Shown piece after piece: positions 25,174 through 42,035 of a stretch of 64,000 nt of DNA. Source of the stretch: Camelus ferus (taxonomy: Eukaryota); the NCBI RefSeq assembly GCF_009834535.1, contig NC_045697.1, positions 65,784,001-65,848,000 on the forward strand, given 5' to 3'. How positions within the stretch are numbered: the stretch's first letter is position 1; each line of letters starts with the position of its first letter. The translations under genes and the position numbers were made by a program. Under the pieces are notes generated by a model. That model worked only from the letters and a program-made list of their open reading frames with translations, searched no databases and was not told the DNA's origin.

Positions 25174-28100
25174 TTCTTTGTGATTCAATTTCCTCACCCA
25201 TAGAATGAGTGGAGGGAGGTAGAGAAAATAGATGATGTTTTCATTCGTTTCTGTTCTAGTAGTTTGTGCTTCTGTGAAGATGAGGGGAAGTTCCACTTGC
25301 AAAAGAATCACAGGAGTTCCTCCATACTTAGCCTGAGAAAGGAATTCTTGCCTTATTTTTTTTAAATGCCTGATTACCCCCAAATTCTTTCCCAGCAGAA
25401 CCAACTACAAAAGTCGGGAGGTCTTCTTACCAATATCTTTTTTAAAAACTCAGCAGGAATTTACCGATAAGTAAGTAAATAAACAAAATTAGGAAGGACT
25501 CTTTAGACTGCCGTAGAATTCACAGGTAGAATCAAAGTTACTACGTGTGATGAGAAATTTGCACCCATCTTTCAGCGACTCAGGGTTTTTTAATAAATAA
25601 TTTAATTTGAAAATCAGTTTCTAGAGTAACAATTAAGGATGGTAAGCGATCAATAATGCAATTCTCACACACAAATGAGGCTGTTATCTTCAAAGTAAGT
25701 AAAAAGCTTTTTAAGATAAATGCCTCAAACCTGTTGAGTGTTTTTATTTGAATATGAAAGAAGGATCTTTTGCTTCCCTATTTCTTTCCCCTGAAATTTG
25801 CTCGTTTATATCAATAAAGAATTTAATGCAGGCAGGATTGATCTATTAGCCATTTTCAAATTGAAGCTAGGTTTTATAGACTTGTAAGATTTTTCTGTTC
25901 AATGAGATTACAAATGTTTTAATACTTTTTGGTAAAAGAAGGAAATGCAGTGTTCTTGTCAGTGAATCATGAATCATTCACTGACTCATCTGTGAATGTA
26001 ATTCTCTGTTATGAGGTATGTACCAGAACAGGTCCAGAGAAAGAATGGTTGTCACACATGATGACAATAATAATTCCAGCTTTTGCGTTTCGGTAGCCTA
26101 CTAAGTGCCAAGCAATGAACAAAATGCTTTTGTTTATGGCCTCATTAATTCTCACCATAATAACTCAAAACCAAGTAGAGCTATCATCACTCTAGAGTAA
26201 ACGGCAGGAGTTTTTCTGACTGCACTCCAAGAAGAGGCCTTACTAATCCAGTTGCTCATCACAGTCTTAATATGCAACTTTGTTTCTGATAGTAGTGTTT
26301 ACAGCACCAAGTTTTTACTTTAACGTTTCAAACCCACAGGTTAACTGTAACCAGAGTAACACTTTGCTCTCTATGAGCAAAGACTGCCATCTTGTGGAAA
26401 TTCTGCATATAACAAAAACGGTCATTCCATGGAACTGAAATTTTTCTTTGCACTCATTAAGAACTTCGCAGCTGGATTCTTGCATTGCTACACACACACA
26501 TAACAGTGTTGTTTATACTTAAAAGGCAAATCTTTCCTTTAGGTGTGATTTTAAGTCCATTTAAACTTGCGAGAGCTTTTGAATGTTTGAAAAAAGAATC
26601 CCATTCATTATATGGATTCATCCCATTAGTCTTTAAGGCAGTGCATTCGATTTTGCTAAACTTTCTTTAATCCTTAAATAGCTTTTGTGATATAATAAAA
26701 AGGAGGGTTAGTAAGAACCTTTCTGATGGAATTTCCAAGAGCATTAAATTTTGTGGCAAAAATGTAGAGCGGAACTCCGGGATTAGAGAACACTTTCATT
26801 TCTTCCAACACTTCTATTCTGTGCCGGTCTGTATTCCTGGGATTCGTTGTAGGCTAGTCAGAGCTTGACTGAGGCAGCCTATGGCCCAATGGCTCTGTGT
26901 ATCCCCAAAGATGGGCTCTGTCTGCTTCACCTCAGGCACCTGTGCTTCATGACCTCAACCATATAAAGCCGTGGTTGGATGTGACAATACCTGAAGACAC
27001 ATAGCGGAGTCTCGTTTCTTTTTCCCTCACAAACTTCTACCACCAGCTTCCTGAACCCACAAATGCTACAAGTAAACAAATTCTTTGGATTGAAGGCCCA
27101 TTCGTCCTATTAGAATCAAAATGGATGACACAGAGTACGTATACTTCAATGACTATTTTTAAAACCAAATTATTTTCTAGGTGTAGAAATAATGACACAT
27201 CATAAGTGATACCAGATACCACCGAGAAGAAAGAGTGAGAAATCATCATTTCCTACATGAATATGCAAACGAATGAAAGAATAAATTAGCATGAATGGAG
27301 GGTATTAAAAAGAAATGATTTCAGCACTGCCCAGGCCGCTCTGGCCAAATGTACCGTTGTGGTTTAACATAAAATTTGTGCCCAAGGAAACGCCTGGCAT
27401 GAAATCACTCTTTAAATATTTATTGAAGGGATAGATGAGTAGGAGGGAATGGAATCAATTAGAAAGAGCATCAATGATAAGAAAAACGTAGAATCTGAGG
27501 GTAGGATCCGTTTACCAAAAAATTGTGTTAAGCATATTCAATCAATAAATAGGTGCCTGCTCCGTATCAGGCAGGGAGGAAGATGGTTAATTAGCACGTG
27601 TTCTAGAAAGGGCAGCCAGCATCCATCAAGCAGCCACAGACAACTACCAATGATGAGCGCCATGAAGAAAGCTCTCCCCTTCCGCAGACGCTGTAGGGCG
27701 GCAGGTGCAGGAGGCAGGGAAACTCCAGCTCGTTTTGTACCCAGATTCTCATTAAGAAAATGTGGCCGTGGTGTCCTTTTATCTTTATATGTACCTGTAA
27801 GTTCAAATTTGAGAATTATTTCTTTTAGAAGTGACTGTAATTCTTCCTTCAAGATACTCGGCGGTGCGCTGATTACCTAGGTCTTTAGGCAGGCAGGTAC
27901 AGCGTTTGCTGACGTCATCTGAATGGTATCCATAGAGAAGCCACCCAGGCAGCTCTGGTGCTGTGACTACACGTGTGTGGCAGGGCCGCAGATGCCCACG
28001 AGGAGTTGCTCCTGTGGCTCAAGGCACTATTTCTCAAGTGTCTTCCTCAAAATTTTAGCTCTCCGGATTATTAATACATGTTATGGGGGGAGAAAAATGA

Positions 28101-30089
28101 GAAAAGGGAATGAAAGTCAGATAAAGTGGGGAAATGCTGAATTAAACAAAATCATACAAGTTTTCTTTTCCACGGGTTTCTTCTTAAAGCTTTTAATAGG
28201 CAGACTTCTTCATAAATTTCCAAGAGGGTGTTTTTCAAAGTTGATGGCACAGGACCTTTTTCTTGCAGAAGCCCTCTGGGTGCTAGTGTCCCTTGGACAC
28301 ACTTTTGGATATTCTGGAAATGCAAATGACTTTATCTGGGATAGGGGCTGGAGTAAGGGTGAAATATAATCCATAAATATGCATAATCATCTTAGTAAAT
28401 CCAGCGAATCAAATGTACTGCCCTTTGGGAGCAACACTCTGAAGCAACAGAACTTTTAAACCCATCAACTTCATAAGAAGAAAATCCAGGCTGTTGAGGG
28501 AGGCTCCAGTGCGATGTTGGTCCTGGAGTGTCAGCAGAGGGCGCTAAGGGTGAGGCTGTGGGAATGCCCAAAGGAGATGACGGGGACCAACTCTCCACCA
28601 TGTAACTGACTGAATGTTGATCCCTTCTCCCACGTTATCATTTAGCTCATTCTCATAGACACGTGGATGACATGAAACAGGTTAAAAAAAAAAAAAAGGT
28701 AACTGAAGTGAGTTATTTACTCCTTCCAGATAGGCTTGGTTCTTCTCTGTAAAGTTTTAAGCAGCTACTCCCCAAGTAATCTAAGAGCTGGGGCAGGGGT
28801 ACAAGTATGGGTCTACCTATGCTACATCTCACCATGTAAAAATTATAAATCAAGCTAAGTACTGTTAGGTAAAATACCTGCTAACCTCTTAACTTGACAA
28901 ATACACTTTCGTGATCTCTAGGAAGCCAGGTTTGAGTTTCTAATTTGTGACCAGCTAGGAGTTCTGCGCGGACCCAGTGGCCCGGGGAGTCAACCTTTGG
29001 TTCCTCTTCCACCTCCGGCTCTGCTTTGGGCAGTGAGGGGTCTCCCACACAGAGGTCTGTGCACCTGAGCTTGCAGATCGAGTTCTGTCCACACTCCTCA
29101 AACACCCGTTTGTAGACCTGTGTGCACCCGTGGCTGTGGGATTTGCTCTTGGGAGTCATACATGGGAATCGGCCTTCACGAGTCCTGGGTGGGCGCTCGG
29201 GCTGTTTGGGCAGGAAATCCTAGGGAGCCTTGAGGATGGTACACAATTGGCCAGCTCATGACCTGTGAGGAGGGGTACAGGTGGAGAAGGCTGGAGCTGG
29301 TCTTAGGTAGAGCCCAGAAAGTGTTCGGAATTGAGAATAAAACTTCTATGAAAAATCACACTTTATAAAAGCTGCAGTCTTTGCAGCTACCCCAGACAAT
29401 CTCCAGGGGGAGAGAAGAAGAAAGAGGGTATTTCTTATTTGAACTGAACTACTTCTGAAAGCCTCTGGTCAACTTTTCCTCTTGTTCTCCAAGGTTAGAT
29501 TATTTCCCCTTTGGCATTAAAAGGAAACTCGAGCAGTTGTGTGAAAAACCCAAAATAGTGTATTTTATCAACTTCAAACTTGTCCCAAGGCTTTCTCCCT
29601 CACTGTGTTAAATAATAGAAGTCTTTTTAATTGAATTTTTTTGTGTGTAGCATATGCTGGGTGACATTATGCCAGCATCTTGCTCTAAGCAGCAAAACGT
29701 TCTTCATAAAAGCGTTAAGAGCCAGAGCGTCGCTCTGCATGTAGGGAAGAATGCAGAACCACAGCAGCTTGAAACCACATAAAAACAGCGCCTCTGAAAT
29801 GTAATTGTAAAAACACATTGCGACAAACCAGGGCAGGGGGGTTAAATATTTAGGATTATGAAATGAACCCCCCAAAAAAGGAAAAGAGGAGAGGGAGGGA
29901 AAGAGGGAAGGGAGGAGAGGGGAATGGAAGAAAAGAGAGGGGAGAGCACTGTGGCACACGTCTGTCTATAGAATCAAAGCAATAATAATGTTTCCATCTG
30001 CAGGCTAATATGTGTATTCGTTTCCCTGGACAGCCACCATCCTTCAGAAGTGGGAGTATTAATGATGAGTATTAATGGATGAGCCGTGA

Positions 30090-33433
<3,344 letters not shown>

Positions 33434-34138
33434 GCCGCAAAAAAAAATCTCTTCACTGTTTCTTTGGTAGGACTCCCTTTGCAAGGAGCGACTGTAATAT
33501 TGTGGGACTAACATGGATGTAACTTTTTTTTTTTTAATCAGGATTCTTAGTAACAATTCTAGTTCTCTCTCTACCTTCTCCCTCCTCCCTCTCCTCGATT
33601 TCTTTCTCTCTCTTTTTCCCTCTCTTCCAGTACATTTCCCTCCACTTCTTTTCATTAGTCAACTTGTTCCCCCAGCAGGTAGTATGCTAGGATCTTATTA
33701 GTCCGCACTTCATATACTGTACTTCAAGTATAGGAAACGTGCACTGAGTATACTCAGAGTATATGCAGGATGAATTTTGCATAAAGGCCTCTTCTGTAAC
33801 ATTTCTGTTTTTAAAAATATAATTGCAATAACGTCAGTCTTTCATCATCCTTCAGCTGCACCCAACAACGCTCCACTGCTGTTGAGTGTCCTTTAACTGT
33901 GGACCAAAGGCAACCCCTGCAGTGTTTATAGAATAATTTCCAGATCATTCAGGCCACATATTATGAGAATGCAATTTTGTAGGATTACAAAAAAGCCATC
34001 AATATGCCAGTCAAGACTACAGTTAAAACTACTCTTGCACTGCAACAGTGCATATGACCTTTATGTGATTGTACAGTATTAAAAGTTTTTTCTTATGTAC
34101 AGTAAACTTATCATACGGCAGTAGCCTCTATTGTGTTA

Positions 34139-34239
34139 AATAAATTAGTATCTCATCTATATATACATATATATGCACCTATATAATGTGTATATATATA
34201 TTAAAAGGCGGCCATTGCTATTGCAATTCATTTAATAAA
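34139..34239 (+). terminator. Candidate proximal polyadenylation signals
   Basis: AATAAA at 34139-34144 and 34234-34239, with TGTA motifs nearby. Confidence 0.4.
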
Positions 34240-35475
34240 GCTTTAGTTTAAAAAAAGAAGTATTGTATACAGGAACTATGTATAGTGCAGGGGGTCTTTT
34301 CAGTTAGAAAAGGCAGGTTGCTTTAATGTTATTCTGACTCGCATCGTTTGCCAACAGAAAATATTTTATACTTTTGTTATTAAAACATCCAGGGCGATTT
34401 AATATGTGTTCCTAGATGTGACTCATTTGAATAGGTTCTGCATTTGTTAGTCAGCCGTGTATAAAGCTAACCTTGATCATTTTACTTTTAATTAATTATC
34501 TGAATGGAAAAATGCTATTAGCTAAACCACGTCCACCACAGCACATAGAGCTCTATACGAGTTTAAGCGTAGATCATTGAAGGTGAAGAAATTCTCTTCC
34601 AAAGCAGTAAGCCAATCAATACAACTGTAGCTGGGGAGAGATGGGAGCCCTTAAGAAATATTGATGTGGCCTTAATTACTGTCCTACATTATCCTAAAGA
34701 AGAAAACAGAATAACCACGCTGGGCTCTCAACTTAACCCCCTTTTTTATTCAGTTCTATTTGGAGGAGTTACGTATTTTTTACATTAGTGCCAAGCGTAT
34801 AAAAGAATGACAACAAAAAACAGTGCCTCTTTGTGCACAACCCTTTTGAAGTAGCGTTCTTACCTGTTAGAAACGTAGGCTGAACTTTGTAATCCTTAAA
34901 TTAAAGTGTGGTTAAGTAGGAAGCAAGAACTTATCCTGTGTTTTTACGTAGCCATATCCTTATTTTAATCTAATTCATTCCGTGGCTAGGATTGATATAG
35001 GAATCAACCTATGTGATTTGCTTTAGGAGAAATTAAAAGGTATATTCTTAAGGTATATTATATTTTGATGCTAATTCTGTTCTGGGGAGCATCTTGTACT
35101 GTCACTGTTTTTGTACTAAATCTTCAAATATTGTCTACTGTGTAAGGCAGAAAAATTTCTTATCATGCAAAAAGCATTTTGTTTCCAGGGCAACAGTAAC
35201 TAAGTGCATGCACAACTTGTTTTCCCTTGTAACATTTATGATCTCATTCACGACTCTGATTTTAAAACAAAAAAAATCTTTACAACGAGCTATATAGGGA
35301 CATACCAGATGTTGCAGTGATTTTAGCTATCAACAAACTGTTAACCATGTACAATATTTAAAATAGGCCTATTTTGATGTTATCGCCTATTATACAAATA
35401 CACAAAACACTTTTTGGAGGCCTCAGTTACGAGTGGCAGAGCTTTCTGTGTATAATTTGTCTAAATAATTTGTCT

Positions 35476-35481
35476 AATAAA
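35476..35481 (+). terminator. Probable distal polyadenylation signal
   Basis: AATAAA, preceded by TGTA elements, at the end of the repeat-free UTR-like block. Confidence 0.65.
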
Positions 35482-38400
35482 AATGTTTTCTAAACTTGCT
35501 CTCATACCATTGAAGTCTTAACTATACGATTTGAAAATGCTTCCTCTCTCACAGATAGAACTGAATTTTTCTAAAAATTTATCTCAAATTAATTAAAGCA
35601 TAAAACACGTTAAGTTTTGTGAGCAGAAGGCTGCCAAAAATGAGTGACTCTTTAAAACCAGTAGTAAATGATGTTCTGAACCGAAGAAAGAGTGCCTTTC
35701 TGCTCTTTGGGCTATCTGAACCAACGGTATGTTTGTTTTCCTTTCTGGATGTCTCATGAGCACTTTTTTTGGAAAGATTTATCCTGTGTTGTGTGAACAA
35801 TGCAACCATTATAACAACAGCAGGATGAGGGGCTGGTACATTAAAAAAAAAAAAAGAGAGAAAGAAAATTAAAGGTAATTATTAAACTGAGAATTTATGT
35901 ATTAATAATTGCTTGGCTATTAGGGAAATATTCATCATGCTGAATCTACTAATTGGGAAGTTGACTCCGAGATTATTTCTAATAGTGTTATTTTCTGCAC
36001 TTGAACAACAATATTTAATTCTTCTATCATTTAACTCACTCAGTGGACATATATCTGAAATATATTCAGTTTAGATTAAAATCTCTGCTTTTCTAAAATT
36101 CCATTAAAATGATTTTTTAAATGTTGAAACTGAGAGGAGCTGTAGAGATGGAGACTTAGCTCCCTCATCTTACAAATTACAGAACATAAGATGCTAAAAA
36201 GCTGTGACTTGCCCAAATGTTTGACCATCTGAGACTTAGAACTGGGCCTTTTTTTTTTAACGCTACCAAGCTTCAGTCACATTCACACAGGCCCTTGTGG
36301 GTTGTGAATTCTTTGTAGGGACGGCTCAGGGACAATGCCTCCACCCGCTCCTCTCACCAGGCTTAGGCTGTGAATCTCTAGAACCTTCCTTCCTTGCCAG
36401 GGACCACTTAGAGCATCGATTCAGCTGCTCGTTTTACAGCTGGGAAATGCGCAGCTCAGGCTCCATCAGGTCACAGCCAGTGGCAGAACTCAGGCCGATC
36501 CTGCTTCTGCCTGGCGCTCCTTCCTCCAGCCCTTTGCTTGCCCTGCTTCTCAGCAGCCTTGCTATTTCAAAACAAGACAGACACCTTTTAAACACATCCT
36601 TTCATTCCCCTCAGAAGTCGAATTTATTCCACTGCTGAATCCTTAAGAAAACTGGTTGTCACCGTCAGCCACGTCAGAACTTACGCACAGGTGTTGGTTT
36701 AATCATCCGCCAGGAAACTGTAAGACCGCCTTTCTTCCTCACACACATCAAGCTACAGGCAACTTGTCATTTTCTTAATTATGTTATTTTTCATCTCTTT
36801 TAGTTTGGGATTGGTTGTCAACTGAATAAATACTTTAAAAAATAGATTTTGCTGAATGGTACTTTGCTTCATCAATTAAAAGGGAAAACAAAGATAAGAA
36901 GACCCATTTGTCCTGCACAGCACCTTCTAAGCTGCACAACTGCATAACAAATCACAAGACTCTGTAGTGAGAATTTTGGAGCGGTGGAACACATTCTGGA
37001 TCATGAATAAAGTAAATAAAGCAGCGCTAATAACTTTTGTGCCGGTAAACACAGGTTTATCCTTAAACATGCATCTTATGATAACTGATAAAACACAAGG
37101 GGCTCACTAAACGTTGGCTTCCTTCTAGGGTGTTTTTATTTCTAAAAACCAAATCTTTCTCCAACCTTTGTGGTCAGATATTGATGCATGACTGGCAATT
37201 ATGACATTTTATAAAATAACTTCAACAAATTTAGTAGACACCCTCTCATGAGGTAGCATATATGAGCTCCCTCAGGTGGAAATGACTTACCTGACATTGA
37301 AAAATCAGGAGATGAAGCTTCTTAGACTTGAGAGATTTAATTCGATTCTATTCGCGTCTACTGAAGATCTATTATGTGAAGCCACGGTGCTGAACACACA
37401 TCACTTGTATGTTCAGGGATGGGACTGGATGTGTTCCACCACCCAGGTCTGTCCTTCCTCTTATCAACACGCAGGATACAAAGGCCACCTTACAGAGGTC
37501 CTGAGGTGGCAGAATTAGTCACCCCAAACCAGTACCGTCCTCTTTGGTCCTGGATGATGCATCTGACTGGACCAGTCCATCCCGGTAGTTCTCATGAGCT
37601 AACTGGAGTCTGCCTTCTTGGATTCAGAGTCTCTCCACTAAGACTTGGAAGTTTCCCAAGATGCCGGACCATGAGGCCAGATTTTCAAAAACATGAAAAT
37701 TACCATACACCACAGGCAAACTGCTATGTAACCCTTCCTCCTTGTCAATACCTGCATAGGACTCAGAGACAGACCCCCTAACCCCGGGTGTCCACAGCAG
37801 AATGACACAGACCACGTTAACTCACTGTCTGTCCCTGCAGGTCTAACCAGTTGTGATCGTTTGAGTGCTAGTGTTTCAAATAATTTACTTCAAAGGGACC
37901 AAACACAATAAATCTTCTTTTCTATTTTCATAAACTTTTATTTGTACTGCAACTCAGGCTCCTGGTTACCTGTCCTGTCATCTAAGACACCGGACACAGT
38001 TTGACCTATGATTCTGATGAAAGTAAAGGGTTCTACAGGCTGCCCACCGTGGGGACAGCTTCTGCCCACACACCTTTCCCTCAGAGTAGCAGCGTCATGG
38101 TCCTGCCCTGCTGTGCACTGCTGCACGGGGGGCATGGGGTCACTCCACCACGCGGTGATCCAGCCCGCCACGGGGCCAAAAGCAGACTGAATGAGCTGTC
38201 TCTCATTTTCTCACCTGACTTCTCCTAACTTCTATTTTTTTTCCCAACAGTTTTCATTTCTTTCCACAGTAATATTAGTAACAAAACAAAAATTGTTCAA
38301 ATTTGGGAAATTTTTTCATATCTAAAAGCTCTACCCTGACTTGACATTACATACAATTTAGGATAAGTGTCATCTTTTGACTGATTTTGCACATTTCTAG

Positions 38401-39758
38401 ACTTTCTTCCCAGTGAGAAAAGAAACTGGCTGTTTTGTCTGCACAGGTTACCTCCCTTGTTCTGTAGACGGAGCTCTCCAGCCTTTGTGAGGAATGAGGG
38501 CCTGGATTCCCTTTGAAGAAACCCTACAGGTTCGCATCTCAGAACTGGCAGCATATTTCCAAAGTCTCAAACTATCTATGACATGATAGAAAATCCACAA
38601 AATTTTTAAGGCAACATTAATTATCATTAATTAAAAACCTAATTAAGCTTTCATAGCAGCTGTCTTAGAAGAAGAAACGTATGTCACAACATCAAAGAAC
38701 AGTACAGTGTCAGAACCAAAGAAGGGGTAAAAAATTACTGCTTTTAACAAATATTTTGCCTGCCACAGATTTGAAATAGAAGTAGAAGGCAAACAGTAAT
38801 TTTTAAAGTTGTTATATTTTCTTTTCTAATTGGTGCTACTAAAAAATTTTAGGAATCAAGTAGCCTTTATCTGTGGCTGTATTCAGTTTAAAACCTTAAA
38901 CGTCAGTATTGGACAGCAATAAACAAATCGCGGTTTGCTTATTCACTATATGAAAGGCTCACATTATGGAGCCTTTAAGAATTAGTTATTCTAATGTATA
39001 ATAAAGTAAGATTCAATTAGCAAAGATTTAAGTTCTATAAAACTTCAGAATCAGCCGCTTCATGGAGCATGGTGTGCCTACACCTACTTTACACCAGGTA
39101 AATAAGGAGCTGACAGCTGAGAGTTTCCTCTTCGGAACTGCATTAAAGTTGACTTTCAAGTTGAAGCTAGCCCTTCGTTAATATCTGTTTATAAAAGTTG
39201 GCTATAAGGTTTGTTTTTAGAAATCAAAGCACAGTAAAATTAAGTTGAACATAGAGGATGTCACATGCCCAGCTGTCTAATTGGACTTTTTCGCCCTAGA
39301 AATAGTTATTGAATAGCTAATATGTGCAAGTACTTGGGTAAACAATGTTAAAAAATACTTGAAACGTTAGCTGGTAGATGGATTATAGCTACATCATATA
39401 TCTGATTGGCATAATTGACATTAGATATCAAGTGCAGAACTTTCACACATAATGTTTTTTAATGAGTATATTACTTCTTTCCAAATGAACAGATTAAGAA
39501 TAAAAATTAAAAATAAGCAGTCCAGGAGGACAGACATGTAAATGGGGCTTCCAGATTCAATTCTGCACAATTAAGCATTTTAAAATTTACTGCTCAGAAT
39601 TCTCCACGGAGATGTCGTGGTAAAAATGACTGTTCACAGCCCTTACACCCTTACTCATCCCAGCAGGAAGGAGGCAGCTGAGCGACACGGATAATCCAGA
39701 TAAATGGAAGGTGGCCCCACTGAGATTAGCACGGGAGAGTTAGAAAGATTATAACCAA

Positions 39759-39880
39759 GGGGGAAGGGTAGAGCTTGTGCTTAGCATGCACGACGTCCTG
39801 GGTTCAATCCCCAGTGCTTCCATATAAATAAATAAAGAAACCTAATTATCTCCCCCTCTACAAATAAAAAAACTTTTTTT
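39759..39880 (+). mobile_element. Camelid tRNA-derived SINE (Vic-1-like), A box deleted
   Basis: GGGGGAAGGGTAGAG...CTTAGCATGCACGACGTCCTGGGTTCAATCCCCAG (B box), a tail of AATAAA...CCTAATTA, and TSD AAAGATTATAAC(C)AA at 39744-39758 and 39881-39894. Confidence 0.88.
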
Positions 39881-40880
39881 AAAGATTATAACAATACACA
39901 ATGCCTTCCCTGCTCCCTCACTCACCCCCTACCAAAATAATGATTGTTCAGAAACTAAGCAACGTGTATACACAACCACCTCTCACATGTGTAGCTTCCA
40001 AAGTTTCCAAAGTTGGTTGTCCTGTTAACATAGTAAGTCCTAGAATACAGCTCAATCACCAACAATTAATATATTTTAATTCTTCCCTGTTTATCATAAT
40101 TAAATGAAGCTTTAAATTCTTACTCCATAGTAGTGATTTTGTATCTTTTTTTAAAAAAAAACTAGTATTATAATGTACATAGTACTAATGTATAGCAGGG
40201 AGGCTGCAGAGAGATTATCAGGAACAAGACAATCACAGAAGATCGATCTGCCTATTGACTAACACTATCTGAGCACCTACTATGAGCAAGGCACCTAGGG
40301 CAGAGCTTTCCCACCTCACGTGCCAAGCAACAGCCTGGGCCAGCAGGGCTTCTGGGTGCTGAGGTGCTGGTGCCCTCCTCTCTCAGGGTGGTGGGGCGGC
40401 CCCTGGGCTGGAGCTCTGCCCATGAGCAGTTCACTTCATTTACACCTGGACTTTGCTAAGAGAGCTTCCAAAGCTGGGGAAGTGAAATATAAGCTTTTGA
40501 AAAATTGACTAAGAACTCGTGGTTCAAACATCAGAAGACAAGATTATAAATTATACTGTAATGCAGAATATATTTAATTGTCAAATTAGTGTTACTGAGA
40601 AAATTTTCTGTGAGGGGAGAGAAGAATGAGGCTCTGTGACTGGGACGAACATGGAACAAGTTGCAATTTTGCCTTATCGCAGAGAAGATGGAAAAGCCAG
40701 AGAGCCTCCAAGGGTCTCCCAGTGGGGGCCATGGAGCAACCAAAGCACAAGGGTGAGCAAGAACGTTCAGAGGAGCGGTGCCCACGATGTCTGGAACGTG
40801 GGTTTCCTGACAGGATGTAAAGCTCGAGTGAGACTGGGGAGAGCCTGTAGGCTGGGCTCAAGAGATTACACTGTGTCCCG

Positions 40881-41870
40881 TTCATTCATTCATTCATTCA
40901 TTCATGTACTCAACTTATGTTCACTGGAGTCCTACTATGTGCAAGACATTATTCTAGGTGCTGGGAATACTGTAGTAAGCAAGGCAGAAACCGCTGCTCT
41001 CATGGCGTTTACAGTCAACTGAAGGAGAGAGACAATAAGCAGGATGAATCAGGGACATATGACGTCTAGGAGATGAAACGTGCTGTTGAGAAAAAAACAG
41101 AGGAGCAGCAGGAAGGCCAGAGTGAAAGCGGGGATTTGCTATTTTAAATAAGGTGGCCAGGGGAGGCCTCACTGATAAGCTGACGTTTCACTGAAGCCTT
41201 AAAGGGAGTGAAGGAGTTAGCCATGTTGCTGCCAGGGGAGAGAACATTCCAGACTTTGGGAATAGCTAGTTTAAAGGTTCTGAGGTCAGAGAAAGGCAGA
41301 AGATCAGTGTAGCTCGACCAGAATGATTGGCTTGTATGGGAGGCAGGAAACCATTGGTGTGTCTTGAGCAAAATGCGATGCTTGCTACTAACCCAGCAGG
41401 TTGATTACAAAGCCAAGTCTCCTATGACAGCATTTTGAGTGTTATAGGGAGCGGTATGAGGGGCCAGTTGCTGGCCACGGCTACATTTGCATTTCAGCCC
41501 TTGAACCGTCAGAAGGAGACTGGGCTGCTGCTCACAGAGGCTTATCATCATGGCGTGTGAGAGACTTCCATTGTGGGCACTGGGGAGCCACTGAAGACTT
41601 TAACCAAAGGGAAAACATGCTCTTAAAGAGATGTCTTAGAAAATTAAGCTAGTAGTAATTCAAGGAATGGAACAGAAGAGAGGTCAATTAAAGACTTGTG
41701 CAACTAGCTCAGGTGTAAGATGAGCTCTGTGGGAGCCCAGACAAGAAAAGAAGGGAGAGATGGTGGATACATTTTGAAGGAAGAATCAAGAGAACTTGAA
41801 GATTAACTGCATATAGCATGAGAAAGGAAACTAAATCAAACAGGACTGACTTTTCAAGTTTAGATGCTAG
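40881..41870 (-). mobile_element. LINE-2 (antisense), starting at a (TTCA)n tail
   Basis: TTCATTCATTCA...CCTACTATGTGCAAGACATTATTCTAGGTGCTGGGAATAC...AGGTGGCCAGGGGAGGCCTCACTGA...GGGGAGCCACTGAAG. Confidence 0.8.
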
Positions 41871-42035
41871 AAAAGTGGAAATAATTTTCCCAAACAGTGC
41901 TAATGTTAGAAGAATCTTTTTTTTTTTTTTTTTTTTTTGCTCTGTTAATCTTTATTTTTTCTTAAGTTGGGAGGTTTTGGTAGAATAAATCATAGAATGG
42001 AAAATTGTTTGTTTTCTTTCATTAGAAGCTTGGAT

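Larger units (their letters stand above)
33434..35505 (+). other. GRID2: GRID2 3'UTR (3' end approximate)
   Basis: An AT-rich stretch without recognisable interspersed repeats follows the stop codon and runs to AATAAA at 35476-35481. MIRs resume at about 36.1 kb. Confidence 0.75.
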
